Positions 23,601-52,449 of a stretch of DNA of 64,000 nucleotides are shown here, in pieces. The notes beneath the pieces are model-generated. The model worked only from the letters and a program-made list of their open reading frames with translations, was not told where the DNA came from and searched no databases. This stretch comes from Gracilinanus agilis (Eukaryota): assembly GCF_016433145.1 (NCBI RefSeq), contig NC_058131.1, forward strand, positions 48,228,258-48,292,257, written 5' to 3'. The stretch's first letter is position 1, and the number at the start of each line of letters is the position of its first letter. The position numbers were made by a program, and so were the translations under genes.

Positions 23601-26600
23601 ACACAATAAATGACTGCCTGGCCTCTGCTTGAAGACCTCCAGGGAAAGAGATAGACCCACCCACTCAAGTCATCTCATTCCACTGCTTGTTGGTAGGAAA
23701 TCTTTGCTCACCTCAAGCCCAAACTGGCAGTTTCCACCCGCTCCTGGTTCCACCCTCGGGGATCAAACAGAACATGCAACCTCCTTCACAGCAGCCCTTC
23801 AGATACTTGAGCACAGGTCTCTTGCTCCTCTGGGCCTCCTCTTATCCAAGGGTTGTAGGCCCCTTTTCTTCAACCAGTCCTCATGTAACATGGGCCCTTT
23901 GCCAATCTACTTCCCTCCCCCTGAACAATTCTTAACCTGAAGGGACTGCAAAAGGCAGCTGACCATGGCAGAGAATGGTATGATTACCATGCTCCCATTC
24001 TTGGAAGTGATACCTTTCAAGGCAACCCAAGATAGCATTAACTTTTTTGACCAATTAAATCATGCTCCTGACAGATTGAGCTCAGGGCCCATTAAACCCC
24101 CAGATTTTTTTCCCAGATTGCCTTCTAACCATCCCTCTCCCAAAACTGATGAAGTGTATTTTTTTTTTATCCAAGTACAAGACTACATTTATCCTTACTG
24201 AATTTTATCTTTTAAAATTCAGTCCAGTACACTAGCCTGTCAGGTTCTTTTTGGATTCTGGTTCTATCATCCAATGTGTTTTTACTCCCAACTTAGTGTT
24301 ATCTCCAAAACTAATAAGCATACCATCTCTTCATTTTTCCTTGTCATTGATAAAGCAAAGGGCAAACCCAGGCCCCTAGAGTACTCCAGTAGAGACCTAC
24401 CATATTAACACTGAATTATTATTAATCACTACTCTTTGTCCAGCTGTCTAACCTTGCTGAATCCATCTAATTGTGTTTTGTCTAATCCACAAAATTAGTA
24501 TGTGTTAAATTATTAAAACTTTTGCTAGAATTTTCATTTACCTAGACCCACAGCATTCCCTTTTTAATCCTGTCAAAGAAGGAAATGAGGTTAATCTGGC
24601 ATGATCTATTCTTGAGGAAACCATATTTCAAAACTAGTTCTTGAATAGTAAGGATATCGAAGATCATTATTTTAGCTGTGGGAAATGACATAAGTCAATA
24701 TATTCAGGCCAGAATCAGCATGGTGTGTTTTAGGTATGATCATTTAGCCAGATTGAGTACCATAAGTGTTATAAGTTAAAAATCTTAAAATAACAGATGC
24801 TAGTCAATATGGAGGTACTCAGAGGCCAAGTAGTCCATGCCATGTTTGACTAAGAATGCTCTTTGCAACATAGCAAAGAAGTGGTCATTTAGCCTTTGCT
24901 GAAGACCTGAGGAAGGCAAAACCTCATCTTTCCCAAGGCAACCCACTCTCCTTCAGAATAGCTGTACTGTTAGGAAGTTTTTCCTTATATCAGGTCTAAA
25001 CCTGCTTCTTCACAACTGCCTCTGTACCTAGTTCTGACCTTCTGAAGTTAACCAGAACTACTCTGATCCCCCTTCCATGTGAACCTTTTCAAGGAATTGA
25101 GGCTTCTCTTCTTTAGGCTAAAAACCCCTTGACCCTTTGCCAGGCATCATGTAACATGAATTTGAGATCTGTCATTATCCTGGTCACCCTCCTGGATTCT
25201 TTACAGCTTTCTTAAAACATGGTACCCATTCTGGATGTGGTCTGAACAAGGCAGAGAACCAAGGACCTTTAACCTCCCTTTTCAGAGCATTGCTTCTCAG
25301 AAATAATATCCTATTAGTTTTTTTGGCTGCTATATTATACCTTTGACTCATTGAACTCGTAGTCCATTCAACAATAAAAAACATTTTTTTTTCAGATGAA
25401 TTGTTTTCTAGCCCAAACCTTGATTTATTTATATACCTGTTGATTTAGGAAGTTGATTTTTCTGGACTCAAATAAGATAACTTTTATCCTTAGTAAATTT
25501 CTTATTAGATTCAGCCTAGCATTTTACCCGGTTAATCTTTCCTAGATCCTGATTCTTTTTTCTAGATGTATGTATTACCTTTCTCAAAACTTTGTGACAC
25601 TTTCCAATTTGATAAGGATCACTTGACCCAAATTACCAATACAAATATGAAACAGTACAGGATCAAGGGTAGTTCTGTGGGAGCACTCCATTAAAGCTCT
25701 TTCAGGTTGACTGAAATGATTAAATTATTAAATGATTAATAAGCTAGAGCCCATTCCAAATCCATGGGTTGCTATTACTATTAGGTATGGTATAATCCAA
25801 TTTGTATTTCTTCATGTGCACAAGAAAAGCATAAGAAATTTGGCAAACTCTTGGCCCCACGAGTAAGATTGACTTCAGCATTCTCTTGATCTACCATAAC
25901 CTCTTCTGGCATGACCTATTTTTGGCAAAACCATGCTAGCTTGTGGTTACTGTTTTTTTTTCTCTGATGTTCACTAGGTGCAGTAGTAAACTTCAGAATC
26001 CTACCAGAAAATCAAGTTCACTGGCCTATCATTTGTTGACTCCATTTCCCCCCTTTTCTTGAAAATTGGGGCATTTCCTATAGTCTTACAGCAGTCTCCA
26101 ATTGTCTATGGATGTTCAAAAACCATAGGCTGACTTACCTCGTTGCTGGGAAAACTTTGAAAACTTGGGAAGGGAGTTCTTAAGCCCGTGTGCTTTTAGA
26201 GGAGGTAAATAGCCAACAACTTAAAAAATAAAAATTTTAAGGGTTTAAGCCACATTTTGAAAGTAGAATTAGACTATGCACATTGTGAAAACCTAGTCAG
26301 AGGAATAGTATGAGCAAAAAATCCCAATAATTTCTGTACAAAAGCATCAACATTTATTACCACCACCTTGATGGCAAAAACTTTATTGCCCATGCCAACC
26401 CTATATTACTTCCTCAGATTACTTTTACATTTGCTGTGTAAAAAACATCAAATGATTTTTTTTAAGGCAAAACAGTCTGCTCTTTTGTTTGGTGTTTTTT
26501 TTTATTTTCAAAGTAACTGTGATTGAGTTAATTAGTGGTTAATTTCAAACTATTTAGCAAAATGTAATTAGGTTCTTAGAGATGATAAATACAAGAAAAT

Positions 26601-29600
26601 GTAATCAAGGAAATACCAAATATTATTTTCCTTCAAGCATATTTTCTTAAGTTGAACTATACAGGATTTTCAGGGCTAAATTTTTGGAATTCTCTGGGTT
26701 TCAGAGTATGCTTTCAATCTCCATGATTTAAGTGGGAATGCTACATGATCTTAACAAATACTAGATATAGGGACACTGCTGCTGAGCTGAACTCCACCCT
26801 GGGAAGTGACCTTAATCATAACCATTAAATTGTGGCATTAAAGGATATTCAGTGCTTTATTTTGATAACCATGTGAAAAAGTAGTTTTTTGGTTTGGTTG
26901 GGGTTTTTTTTAACCCTTACCTTTTGTCTTAGTATCAGTTCTAAGGCAGAAGAATGGCATGGGCTGGGCAATTAGAATTTAATGACTTGTCCAGGGTCAC
27001 ACAGCTAGGAAGTATCTGAGTTCAGAATTGAACCCAGGTCCTCCTGACTCCAGGCCTGGCTCTCAACCCACTGAGTCACATAGCTACCCTAAGAATAGTA
27101 TTAAGGCTTTGATGGATATTATGATGATTGGTGTTTACTTTTTTTTAATGGAGTTTTGATTTCCTTAATATCCTTTTGAAGTCCATTAGTGTTTGTAACT
27201 TGCATAGAGGATAGGTATGGGGGCTTTAGACTTATTCTCTGTGTTATACCCACATGTATTTTTGGTCTTTCCTCAGAATACACAAAGACAAATGGAACAG
27301 TTCCAATGGTCTTGAAGAAAAGGATACTTGGTTGGAAGAAGAGGAACTTTTTCATGTCCAGGGTAATTTTGAAAAATCTTTTCAGTTATCATTATTTCAA
27401 TGCTGATTGTTTCTTTCTCTCTCTCTCTCCAGACCCAAGAATATTAAAAATAATACACAAAGCAAGTGCAATAGGTTCTTTTAGATTGCAAGCATTTGAA
27501 ATTTTTTTATTTTTCAATTAACAAACACTCACTTTCTCTTCCTCTACACTTCTCTCCATTGGAAAAAAAAAGCTGAATTTCTTGCAGTAACGATATATGA
27601 CTGAGGAGGAGAAGCTCCCTGGGACCATTTCTGGAGAGTAGGTGCCATGTCTCTGTACCTCTTTGTCAGGAGATGGACAGTGTACTTCCTCACCAGCCCT
27701 GGTCATCACTGCCAGCAAATCATAGCATGGACTGACCACAGTTTTGAAGTCTTTCAGAGCTGTCTGTTCTTAGGTGTTAGGATTAGAATGGATATAGACG
27801 GATGTAAATAGAAGTATTAATATTTTAATTAAAGCCATGTTGGTAAAACATAAGGCCACGTGCCTGCTATGATTTAATTCAAATCACCCTTCCTACCTTC
27901 TTCCCACCTGGCTGCCTCGTACCAAAAAGAGCGTCCCAATCAAGTCCTCTCTACTTACACTACGCTTTACGTTGGCTCACGTCACCATGTAAGACAGGAA
28001 ACCCATTGAATCATGGGAAATGTAGTTTCCAAGTCCCCTAAATGTCCACAGGAGTTTTATGTCATATATCTAAATATTTAAGGCTCAAATGAACCTCAAA
28101 TTTCCACTAACACATAGGGTACTTTTGTTCTCCTGGTTTTGCTTACCTCACTCTACATCAGTGAATGCAAACCTTTTCAGGTTTCTCTGAAACCATCCCC
28201 TCGGTCATAGCTTACCACCCAGCCATATTCCATTCCATTACCATCACTTATTCATCTGTTTTCCAGTTGGTGGGCACCTTTTTAGCTTTCATTTCTTTAA
28301 CACCCACTACAAAAAGAACTGCTTAAATATTTTTGTACGTGTGGGTTTTTTTCTTCTTTCTCTGATTTCTTAGAATATGTACAGTGCAGCAACTTTGGGG
28401 GCATGTTTCCAAATTGCTTTCCAGAATGGGTGGACCAGTCCATAGACTCCTCAACAGCGTAACATGTGCCTATTAAAAAGCAATTCCTGTAGCTAGGTAG
28501 CACAGGGGATAGAATGCCAGGCCTGAAGATAAAGCCTGAGCTCAAAAGTGACTTCAGACACTTCCTAGCTGTTTTATCCTGGGCAAGTCACTTAACCATT
28601 TGCCTAGCCCTTACCACTCTTGTGCCTTAGAATTGATACTAAGACAGAAGATAAGAGTAAACTTTAAACAAAAAAAAAAGGTAATTCTGAGGCAAAGTGA
28701 AAGGACTAACAAGTGAAGGAGGTGGCACTTGAATTGGGATTTAGGTGCCAGGCATTCTCTGAAGTACAGGCAAAAGGGAGAACATTCCAGGCATGCAGGA
28801 TAGGGGGTGCATGAAGTAGAAGTGGTGCCCACATCAGGGTGGTCAACACATACCAATCCATTAACATTAAAGCAAGTGTTAAGAAGCCTGACATATTTTG
28901 GCAAAAAGATGCCTGGACTCTTAAAAGAATTGTGACAAAAACCAACCTCAAGTGGCATCCATTTTCTTCCAATATTTATGAACATTGATTTGAGCTAAGG
29001 ATCCCTTTTTGTTCCCTTTGGGCTTTTTATTCTGTCTTTTGGCTTTGGTTAATGGCGTATTTGTTCAGTGAAAGCTAGATCTACAATGAGCTTCCTTTTT
29101 GTTTTGCAGCAGGATCAGATGGAAACAACACTTCAGTCTCTGGAACAAAAAAGCAGGTAATTTAGAATGTAGATTCTTCCCTTTAAAAACAAGTTGGGGG
29201 GCAGCTGGGTAGCTCAGTGGATTGAGAGCCAGACCTAGAGATGGGAGGTCCTAGTTTCAAATCTGACCTCAGACACTGTCCAGCTTTGTGACCCTGAGCA
29301 AGTCACTTGACCCCCATTGCCTACCCTTACCACTCTCCTGCCTTGGAGCCAGTACACAGTATTGACTCCAAGACGGAAGATAAGGGTTTTTAGAAACAAA
29401 AACAAAAACAAAACAAGTTGGCCTTCTGTGATTGCAGTGCAGAGAGGTGCTGTGACACTTGGGGATGGGATTTATTTTGTAGATATGAAGAAAAGTAAGC
29501 TAAATATAGAAGAGATTTGTGGGTTTGTTTGTATACAGTCTTCTTTTTCTTTGTATACGAAATGCTTATTTTATTTGGTTTTGTAAAATTTGGAATAAAA

Positions 29601-30941
29601 AAAAGAAAAAAAATATTTATATATATTTTTTAAAATCAACTTGGAAGACCTTTCCCAGAGGTTCTTCTGGAAAGCATCTGCAAATTTTAGTGCTTGATCA
29701 AAGGAAAAATCTTTGTGTTTTTTTTTTTAATTTAATTTAATTTTTCCCCAATTACACATAAAAACAGTTTCTAACATTTTAAAAAGAATTTTGAGTCTTG
29801 AATTCTCTCTCCTCCCCCCAAGATGACAAGCAATCTTGTATAGATTTTACATGTGTAATCATGTAAAATATTTTTCCATATTACTCCTTTTGTGGAAGGA
29901 AAATTTCTTGTTGAAAAGACTAAAAGATCAGTATAGTCAAAGGGAAGGGGTGGGTTTTCTTTTGAAGAAAAATCAAGGGTAAGAACTTAGTACCTTTCCT
30001 TGGAGTTTCTGGGACCAATGTTTTGCCCAGAGCCTGACACAGAATAGGTACTTACTTAATAAATGTTTATTGGCTGACTAAGTCTTTAAAAAAAAAAAAA
30101 GCCTTACCTTCTATCTTAGAATCAATATTGTATATTGGTTCTAAGGTAGAAAGCAGTAAGGACTAGGCAATGGGATTAAGTGACTTGCCCAGGGTCACAC
30201 AGCTAGGAAGTATCTGAGACCAAATTTGAACCCAGGACTTTCTGTCTTTAGGCCTGGCTCTCAATCCATCTCAATCTCAATCCACCTAGCTGCTTCCCTG
30301 ATTATAAGTCTTGAGCAAGGAGGGACTATACTTCAGTTGTCACAGAAAGCTCAGCACAAGGTTTTTGTTTTGTTTTGTTTTGTTTTGACTTTTAAAATTC
30401 TAGGGACATAGAGCTGCTGAGATTTGGGAGAGGTTTTTAGCATTGTTTCAGTTTGTACTAACAACTTGTTTCTTAAATGAAGAAAGAACTTTTAGAAAAT
30501 AGATTTGTCATTCAGAGATGATCTTAAATAAATAATAACTGAAAATTATCATGCCAAGTATAATTTAATCATTCTTTTAAGATGCCATGGTACTGAAAGC
30601 TCTTAAAATGATTGTCCCTTTTAACCTTTCTTAGTTGTTTCAGTAATAACAAAGAAAATGTAATAAAATTCTTCTCTCTAGGCTTGAGATACTTTCTTCT
30701 GTGTATTTGGTGCTTTGAGCATCCTGTTCTTGGGATTTCTCAGAGGGCAGTTTATGACAAGTCTCTTGGTTTTCTCTTGCAGAAGTGGACTGTACAAGAA
30801 AGTGAGTGGGTCAAGGCTGGAGTGAAAAAATATGGGGAAGGAAACTGGGCTGCAATTTCCAAAAATTTCCCCTTTGTTAACCGAACAGCTGTGATGATCA
30901 AAGACCGTTGGCGGACCATGAAAAAACTAGGAATGAACTGA
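8186..30941 (+). CDS. TERF2: Telomeric repeat-binding factor 2 (TRF2), 545 aa; join(8186..8447,9142..9237,10905..11035,17476..17562,18370..18516,20418..20650,21386..21775,27277..27362,29110..29156,30783..30941)
   Basis: Exons sum to 1638 nt (545 codons + TGA), all introns GT-AG and in phase. Recognisable motifs: basic domain RRGRHE, TRFH ([24 protein letters not shown]...[16 protein letters not shown]), RAP1-binding segment ([10 protein letters not shown]), TIN2-binding [11 protein letters not shown], iDDR-like [13 protein letters not shown], and Myb domain [52 protein letters not shown]. Confidence 0.97.
8505..9060. repeat. Degenerate repeat-spacer minisatellite in TERF2 intron 1 (about 9-10 units)
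   Basis: Core approx. GCAGCAGGTGTGGATAACCYCNCACAGCATCYYRGG recurs with the GTGTGG-equivalent at 8513, 8573, 8634, 8702, 8751, 8820, 8885, 8931 and 9042, separated by G-rich spacers. Confidence 0.85.
9142..9237 (+). CDS. TERF2: TERF2 exon 2
   Basis: ttgttttccag|CT CTG CTT = (A)[31 protein letters not shown]; donor G|GTATGG; 96 nt. Confidence 0.97.
10905..11035 (+). CDS. TERF2: TERF2 exon 3
   Basis: tttatcctag|AC TGT TCC = (D)[43 protein letters not shown]; donor GTAAGG; 131 nt. Confidence 0.97.
15621..16241 (-). mobile_element. Solo ERV LTR (about 359 bp) interrupted by a SINE, antisense in TERF2 intron 3
   Basis: TG...CA termini on the minus strand; 5-bp TSD GTAAT (15616-15620, 16242-16246); ATTAAA near the LTR 3' end; SINE 15688-15937 flanked by a 12-bp TSD ACTTGGATAGGT. 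Confidence 0.85.
15688..15937 (+). mobile_element. Marsupial tRNA-derived SINE (SINE1_Mdo-like)
   Basis: ggggcagctgggtggctcagtggattgag...ggttcaaat (A/B boxes), core, A-tail extended by GGAA/GACA repeats; 12-bp TSD. Confidence 0.9.
17476..17562 (+). CDS. TERF2: TERF2 exon 4
   Basis: cctttctag|GCT = [29 protein letters not shown]; donor GTAAGT; 87 nt. Confidence 0.97.
18370..18516 (+). CDS. TERF2: TERF2 exon 5
   Basis: tttatttag|AAA = [49 protein letters not shown]; donor GTATGT; 147 nt. Confidence 0.96.
20418..20650 (+). CDS. TERF2: TERF2 exon 6 (hinge, with Ser/Ala/Thr-rich expansion)
   Basis: ttccaag|ATG GCA AAG = [11 protein letters not shown]...[11 protein letters not shown](R); donor AG|GTGGGG; 233 nt, phase 0/2 fits both neighbours. 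Confidence 0.9.
21386..21775 (+). CDS. TERF2: TERF2 exon 7 (RAP1- and TIN2-binding regions)
   Basis: gtttttag|A CCA TTA; contains [44 protein letters not shown] and [15 protein letters not shown]; donor AA|GTACGA; 390 nt. Confidence 0.93.
21904..22221 (+). mobile_element. Non-autonomous hAT MITE, family B (TERF2 intron 7)
   Basis: Left end CAGTGATGGCGAGCCT; right end ...GCCATAGGTTTTTG (eroded TIR); 8-bp TSD TCCTAGAG/TCCTAGGG; internal (CA)n. Confidence 0.75.
23570..26120 (-). mobile_element. Fragmented CR1/L3 LINE remnants (TERF2 intron 7)
   Basis: Antisense CR1-like RT/3' segments (e.g. gatctattcttgaggaaaccat; catggtacccattctggatgtggtctgaacaaggcagag); no open ORF. Confidence 0.55.
27277..27362 (+). 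CDS. TERF2: TERF2 exon 8
   Basis: tttcctcag|A ATA CAC = (K)[28 protein letters not shown]; donor G|GTAATT; 86 nt. Absent from the supplied ORF track in this frame; translated by hand. Confidence 0.94.
27775..28112 (-). mobile_element. Solo ERV LTR (338 bp), antisense in TERF2 intron 8
   Basis: 6-bp inverted termini TGTTAG...CTAACA; 6-bp TSD CTTAGG/CATAGG; minus-strand ATTAAA near the 3' end; sits inside an L1 fragment. Confidence 0.8.
29110..29156 (+). CDS. TERF2: TERF2 exon 9 (microexon)
   Basis: tttttgttttgcag|CA GGA = (A)[15 protein letters not shown]; donor CAG|GTAATT; 47 nt (44 nt if the tandem acceptor at 29111-29112 is used). Confidence 0.88.
29198..29409 (+). mobile_element. SINE1_Mdo-like SINE about 40 bp downstream of TERF2 exon 9
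   Basis: Full-length consensus-like copy; TSD AAAACAAGTTGG (29186-29197, 29410-29421). Confidence 0.9.
30783..30941 (+). CDS. TERF2: TERF2 exon 10 (Myb/telobox domain, stop)
   Basis: ttctcttgcag|AAG TGG ACT = [13 protein letters not shown]...TMKKLGMN*. Confidence 0.98.
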   Translation, partial: KWTVQESEWVKAGVKKYGEGNWAAISKNFPFVNRTAVMIKDRWRTMKKLGMN

Positions 30942-31431
30942 AACGTCTTTTATTTTCTCAGAATTAATAGGGGCATGTCTTCAAATAATAGCCCTCTATT
31001 CCATGATTTCTTTCTGAAGTTGAGCTGGGGTAATGAGAGTTCTGGGCAGCCTGCTTCTTTGGTTGGGGAGGTCCTTGTCCCATTTGTTTGCTGTCAGAAA
31101 GCTTATGGAGTCAAGAAATAGAAGGAGAGCCCCAGCCCAGCCTTCTTGGCAGTGATGACTCAGTTCACGACTTGGAGAGGACCAGGAGGCAATCAGCTTC
31201 CTCATTCTCTTGTGGTTTAAATCAGAAATGAAGCCCCGAGTTGGTCAATAGAAACAGAGTTTGTTGGGATGTCCCACCCCCTCCCCAGTGAGAGCGTCCT
31301 GAAGTCAGAAGTGTGAGTATTATTTTGAATGAACCAGCCCCAGGCAGCATTTTTGCTGAAGCCAAGACAAAGAACATCTGTCACAGCCCAGGTGGAAGAG
31401 AACTGTGTCTGTTGTGGAACCAAATTCCTTT

Positions 31432-31441
31432 AATAAATAAA
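31432..31441 (+). terminator. Proximal poly(A) signal candidate, TERF2 3' UTR (overlapping double AATAAA)
   Basis: AATAAATAAA about 490 nt after the stop codon. Confidence 0.45.
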
Positions 31442-31935
31442 GTTTTCACCAGTTGTGATCCATACCAAGCCCTTAAACTGCTGTGGCATTGGTTCTTCTC
31501 TCCTGGGCCAGAGAGGCAGATTTGATCCTTGATTCCCATGTGGCTGAACTGGTGTGGTTGTTTTTTGTTTTTGTTTTTGTTTTTTTCCTTTTGTAAAATT
31601 GTGTGTTGTAGATGAGCTTAGTCTTTCCCCTTCTACTCTGGACTCTGGAAGCTTTAAAAAGCCTGACTATAGCACTTAGTTCTGTTCTTAGTTTGTGAGA
31701 TGTTTGCAGCTGCTTGATTCTCCTCATTGTGCTTCTAAAGGTTGGTGTGTCGTCGCACTGGAGCCTACCATTCCTTCTGGCTCCATTTGTATTGTTTTGT
31801 GCTTGCTGTCTCTCTTGGACACCCTTGAGGAAATGCCTGAAGGTCTCTTAGCCACAACTTTCAGTAAAATGTTTTCTGTAATCTTTTTTTAAAAAGGTGA
31901 ATAGTAATTATTGTCCATTACTTGTAGCACACTTC

Positions 31936-31941
31936 ATTAAA
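31936..31941 (+). terminator. Distal poly(A) signal candidate, TERF2 3' UTR (ATTAAA)
   Basis: ATTAAA about 1 kb after the stop, followed by U/GU-rich sequence (tatgtagattttcag...tttgatgtggtt). Confidence 0.5.
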
Positions 31942-33721
31942 ATACTGTTTCCCTCGCAATTCTATGTAGATTTTCAGTTATAACATTTGATGTGGTTAAT
32001 GGGCTGGTTTGAAATGATGGACCTTTAAAGTATTCTATCTGCAATTTCTTCTTCACCTCTTCATGACTCTCAGGCACCCAGACACATTTCTTTTCTTACT
32101 TCCAGGTTTACGGAGAATAGGAATCATACCCAAGTCACTTCGTTTTAACGGGGTCCAGAGCCTTCCACACCTTAACAGCTTAGCAGCAAGTGTAGAAATG
32201 GAGGGCTGCCCCTTACATCTCACCTCACTAGGAACAAATTTATTTCTCTGAATGCATTGTTTGAGTTGTGTCTAATCATACTGGAATTTCTCAAAATCTC
32301 TTGTTTTTTTTAATCTGCTAACTTGAGTATTTTAAAGTAGAAGGAACAATTGGCCTCATTCTCCCTCGGAGGTAGGGCAGGCCTTGCTTTTTCCCAAAAT
32401 GTGTTTGCCATTCAACAACAACACTGAAAAAACATTTTTGTTAAATACTTACTGTGTCAGTCAGCAAGCATTTAAGAAGTCACAATATGCCAGGCACCAT
32501 ACTAAGTACCAGAAATGCCAAGGTTAGGCAGGAAACCATCAGATACCTCACAATCAAACAGAGATACAACTTAGAAAATGGGACTTTAGTTAAGATTTGG
32601 AGGAAACCAGGTGATAGAGATGATGAAGGAGAGCATTCTAGCCTTGGGAGCCATTCAGGGAAGATGCAGCTGTGCACAGACCAGCAAAAAGGCTGTTATC
32701 ACTGCATCATTGTCCATGGGGAAGAATAGAATGTAAGAAAACTGGGAAGGTAGGAAGAGGCTAAGTTATGAAGGATCCCCTGCCCTCTGGGACCCTATAT
32801 TACATGTGCAGGAGAGAGAAGTTTACTTCTCTGTACCTTTCAGGAAAGAGCACTGACACGCAGAGGAAGCCAGGAATTCTAAAATGTAGAGTTAAGAAGA
32901 GAAGGCATTCCAGGCAGGGCTTCAGTTTGCAGAAACTGGTGAGGAGAAGGCCCACTTCTTGCTCAAAGGCTGGCACAAATCTAGCACGTTGTTCTCCACT
33001 TGGTCCTCCACTCCCACTCCCACTCCCCACACCCATATTGTCTAGCATTACCTTTTTGCATGTAAGAGGTACTTTTGCTGTAATAGTAAAATGTAGTTTA
33101 CATGGAGGCTGGAGAAAGCTGGCTAGTATTAGTGGCTGAAACTGAGAAATGAGCAGATCAAGACTAAAACCTGACCTGGCATTTTGGCCGTCAGGATGTG
33201 TGTGGGGGCGTTTACACACAGAAGCCTTTAGCAAGCAGTATAGGCTTGGAACAGCAAAGCAAAATAGCCATCAGCATCATCTTCAGGTATCTAACCCCTT
33301 CCTTCAACTGGGCAGGAAAGTAGAACCAGAGAAAGTTGGAGGAGCGTGCCCAATGTGTCAGCAAACCAAAGGGCATCATTTAGTTTGGCTAAGACTAGGA
33401 CTCATCTTTAAGTTGCAGTTTTAAACAGACAGTAATAAAAAAGATATGCATGAAAAGCTTATTTGATCATTTACTTATGCTCTCATTTTACTCATAATCC
33501 CCCAAGAAAGTTGAAATGAAAATTTATAGTTTACTAATGACGGATGGGAGTGTGCCCCGTTTTTAGCCAATATCTAATACTTCTAACCGTTTGTTTTTTT
33601 CTAAAATCATAAAGAATTGTAAACCAGTCACTATCCTGTTCCTTACTTAAGAGGCAATGTGCATAACCTGAGAGTCCTCCATGTGTGCAGAACTATAATT
33701 GGCAGAGAAGAGATGAGTGGA

Positions 33722-33734
33722 GTTAATGATTATC
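33722..33734 (+). promoter_or_regulatory. HNF1-like site in TMED6 proximal promoter
   Basis: GTTAATGATTATC versus HNF1 consensus GTTAATNATTAAC (1 mismatch), about 72-84 nt upstream of the TMED6 ATG. Confidence 0.5.
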
Positions 33735-33775
33735 CCAGCTATAGCCAAAACCGATGGGCCCTGCCATAGTCTTAA

Positions 33776-50351
<16,576 letters not shown>

Positions 50352-52329
50352 GGGAAAGATTAGAAATCAAGTCCTGGTCCTGCCCTTTATCTTTCCCCCA
50401 AGGCTCATCGAATCATTTTTTAAAAACCGTTATCTTGTTTTGGAACCTAATACTAAGTATTGGTTCCAAGGCAGAAGAGTGGTAAGGGCTGAACTTGAGC
50501 GGTAATGGGGAACTGAGTGATTTGCAAAGGGTCACCCAGCTAGGAAGTATCTGAGACCATATTTGAACCCAAGATCTCTTTTCTCCAGGCCTCTCTATAC
50601 ACTGAGCCACTTCCTCACCAATCAGTTTTATAGAAGTTACAGAAATTAACTGCCCACACTAAAATTTTAAAAAATCAATGTGTCATCATTCACAAAGGAT
50701 CATCAAGAGAAAGCAGTAAAAACACCTAAATTCAGAAATGGCTTGGAGTGAGTCCATGATACATCTTTAAAAGAGTTGCTCTAAACAGTGCTAATAGCTA
50801 TTCCTATAAGTTTTATTGAGCTAATAATCAAAGAATTTTTATCTAGAATCTAAGGGGGGAAGAAGGGAGAGTTGAGAGAAGATAGAAAAATTTTAAACAG
50901 GAAAAAACTAATAAAGTATGAGAACACAAAAATGACCAATATTAAGTAAATAAAAACTTCAAGAGTTGAAAAACATTTTGTCCTTACATAAATGACACCT
51001 TCTTAATGAAAGATAAGTAGATTTGCCAAGCAATAATCTGCCTAAAATGTGAGCCAGTCCTAACTGTGGCTTTATACAAATTAAATGCTCTAAAAAACAT
51101 CAAATCCTTTGGATGAAGGGATGAGTGGAAATAAATGATTAATTTCAGAGCCTGTGGGCAAGGGCCTTTTGTTCAGCTAAGTAAAGGATCAACAATAAAA
51201 TGTAGTTAGAAAGTGTTGGTTGGTAGAGTAGTGAAAAAAACTTAAGGTGACAAGATCTACATTTAACCTACCATTCCAAACCACTATTTCCTAGGAATTC
51301 TAAAGATAAAAAAAAAAAAAAAAAAAAAGTATGATTTCTCAACAAGTCCATCATCTATTTGGTCCTTAGCTTCAAAGAAATCCAGCAGACAGAAGGGCAA
51401 ATATTTTTGTTATCCTATTTTCAATACCCAAATAGACTACCTTGTCAGTAATTCCTTAATTTAATAGTGAGACCATGTCCACATTTTCAACAAAATCCTA
51501 GGGCTTGCCATTTCCATATAAAAACCGATCAGCCAGATACCGAATTTAAATACTGTAGGGGCAACACCAGAAAGAAAACAGAGACAGAAAAATAAATGTG
51601 AATTTTACATGATCACCTTTCTTAGTATGACAACCTGGTGTCCTTATTTCACTCTGGTAGCAATCTGTGTGTACTGCACATAAAACTTAGGGAAACCCAA
51701 AGTAGCTATTTTGTTCTCTGCCTCTGAATTCACATAAGAATACAGTTTAGTGTTCAATAACCATCTGCTTAGATATGAGGTATAAGAATAGCTATTTTTA
51801 CCTCTGTTCTAAAAAAAAAAAAATATCAGGATCTATACCAAGGAGGAAGAAGTGACTTCATTTTGTATAAAACATGGTATTCAATTTAATCACTATTATT
51901 AAACAAAAAAGGTTCAAAAAAGTCTCACTTCCTTGCTCAATGTGCATTCATCCCACAGTTGCTTATAATGGTAGCTGATATTTCTACTCCATTTTTGCTT
52001 CATGTTCATTATCCCATTTGATCCTCACAACCCTGTGAGACGGGTGAATCATATGAAGTGACTTGCACAGCATCACCCAGCTACTATCAAGCACCTATTA
52101 TATGCCAGGCATTATGCTAAGCATTAGATTCAAACCCTGGTCTTCCTACTTCCAAGTCCAGTGTTCGATGCATTAGGCCCTGGTGCTTCTGCAATAGTGA
52201 GAATGGTCAACAGAAGACCACATGTATCCACAGGCCACTCTGTAAGTCCGTAAAAGGATGGATGTGTAGTTCAGCTGCTCCCACGAGAGAAAAACAAAGG
52301 TCTTTCTCTCAGTCACAAGTCCATAAGAA

Positions 52330-52449
52330 TTAAATCAGTGTGTCTTCATGGCGCACATATTCCCCAATGTCAGCTTGGTGAAACACAACAATGGACATAG
52401 GGTCCACCTTCCTGCAATCCTGTGTAGACTTTGCTGCCACACCAAAACC
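52330..52449 (-). CDS. NIP7: NIP7 exon 5 (stop)
   Basis: tgactttccag|GGT = [39 protein letters not shown]; 120 nt. Confidence 0.96.
   Translation of the reverse strand, partial: GFGVAAKSTQDCRKVDPMSIVVFHQADIGEYVRHEDTLI

Noticed and set aside
32768-33424. Cluster of 91-144-aa ORFs between TERF2 and TMED6
   Set aside because: No homology I can recognise and no convincing splice or start context; likely chance, though not excluded without a search.
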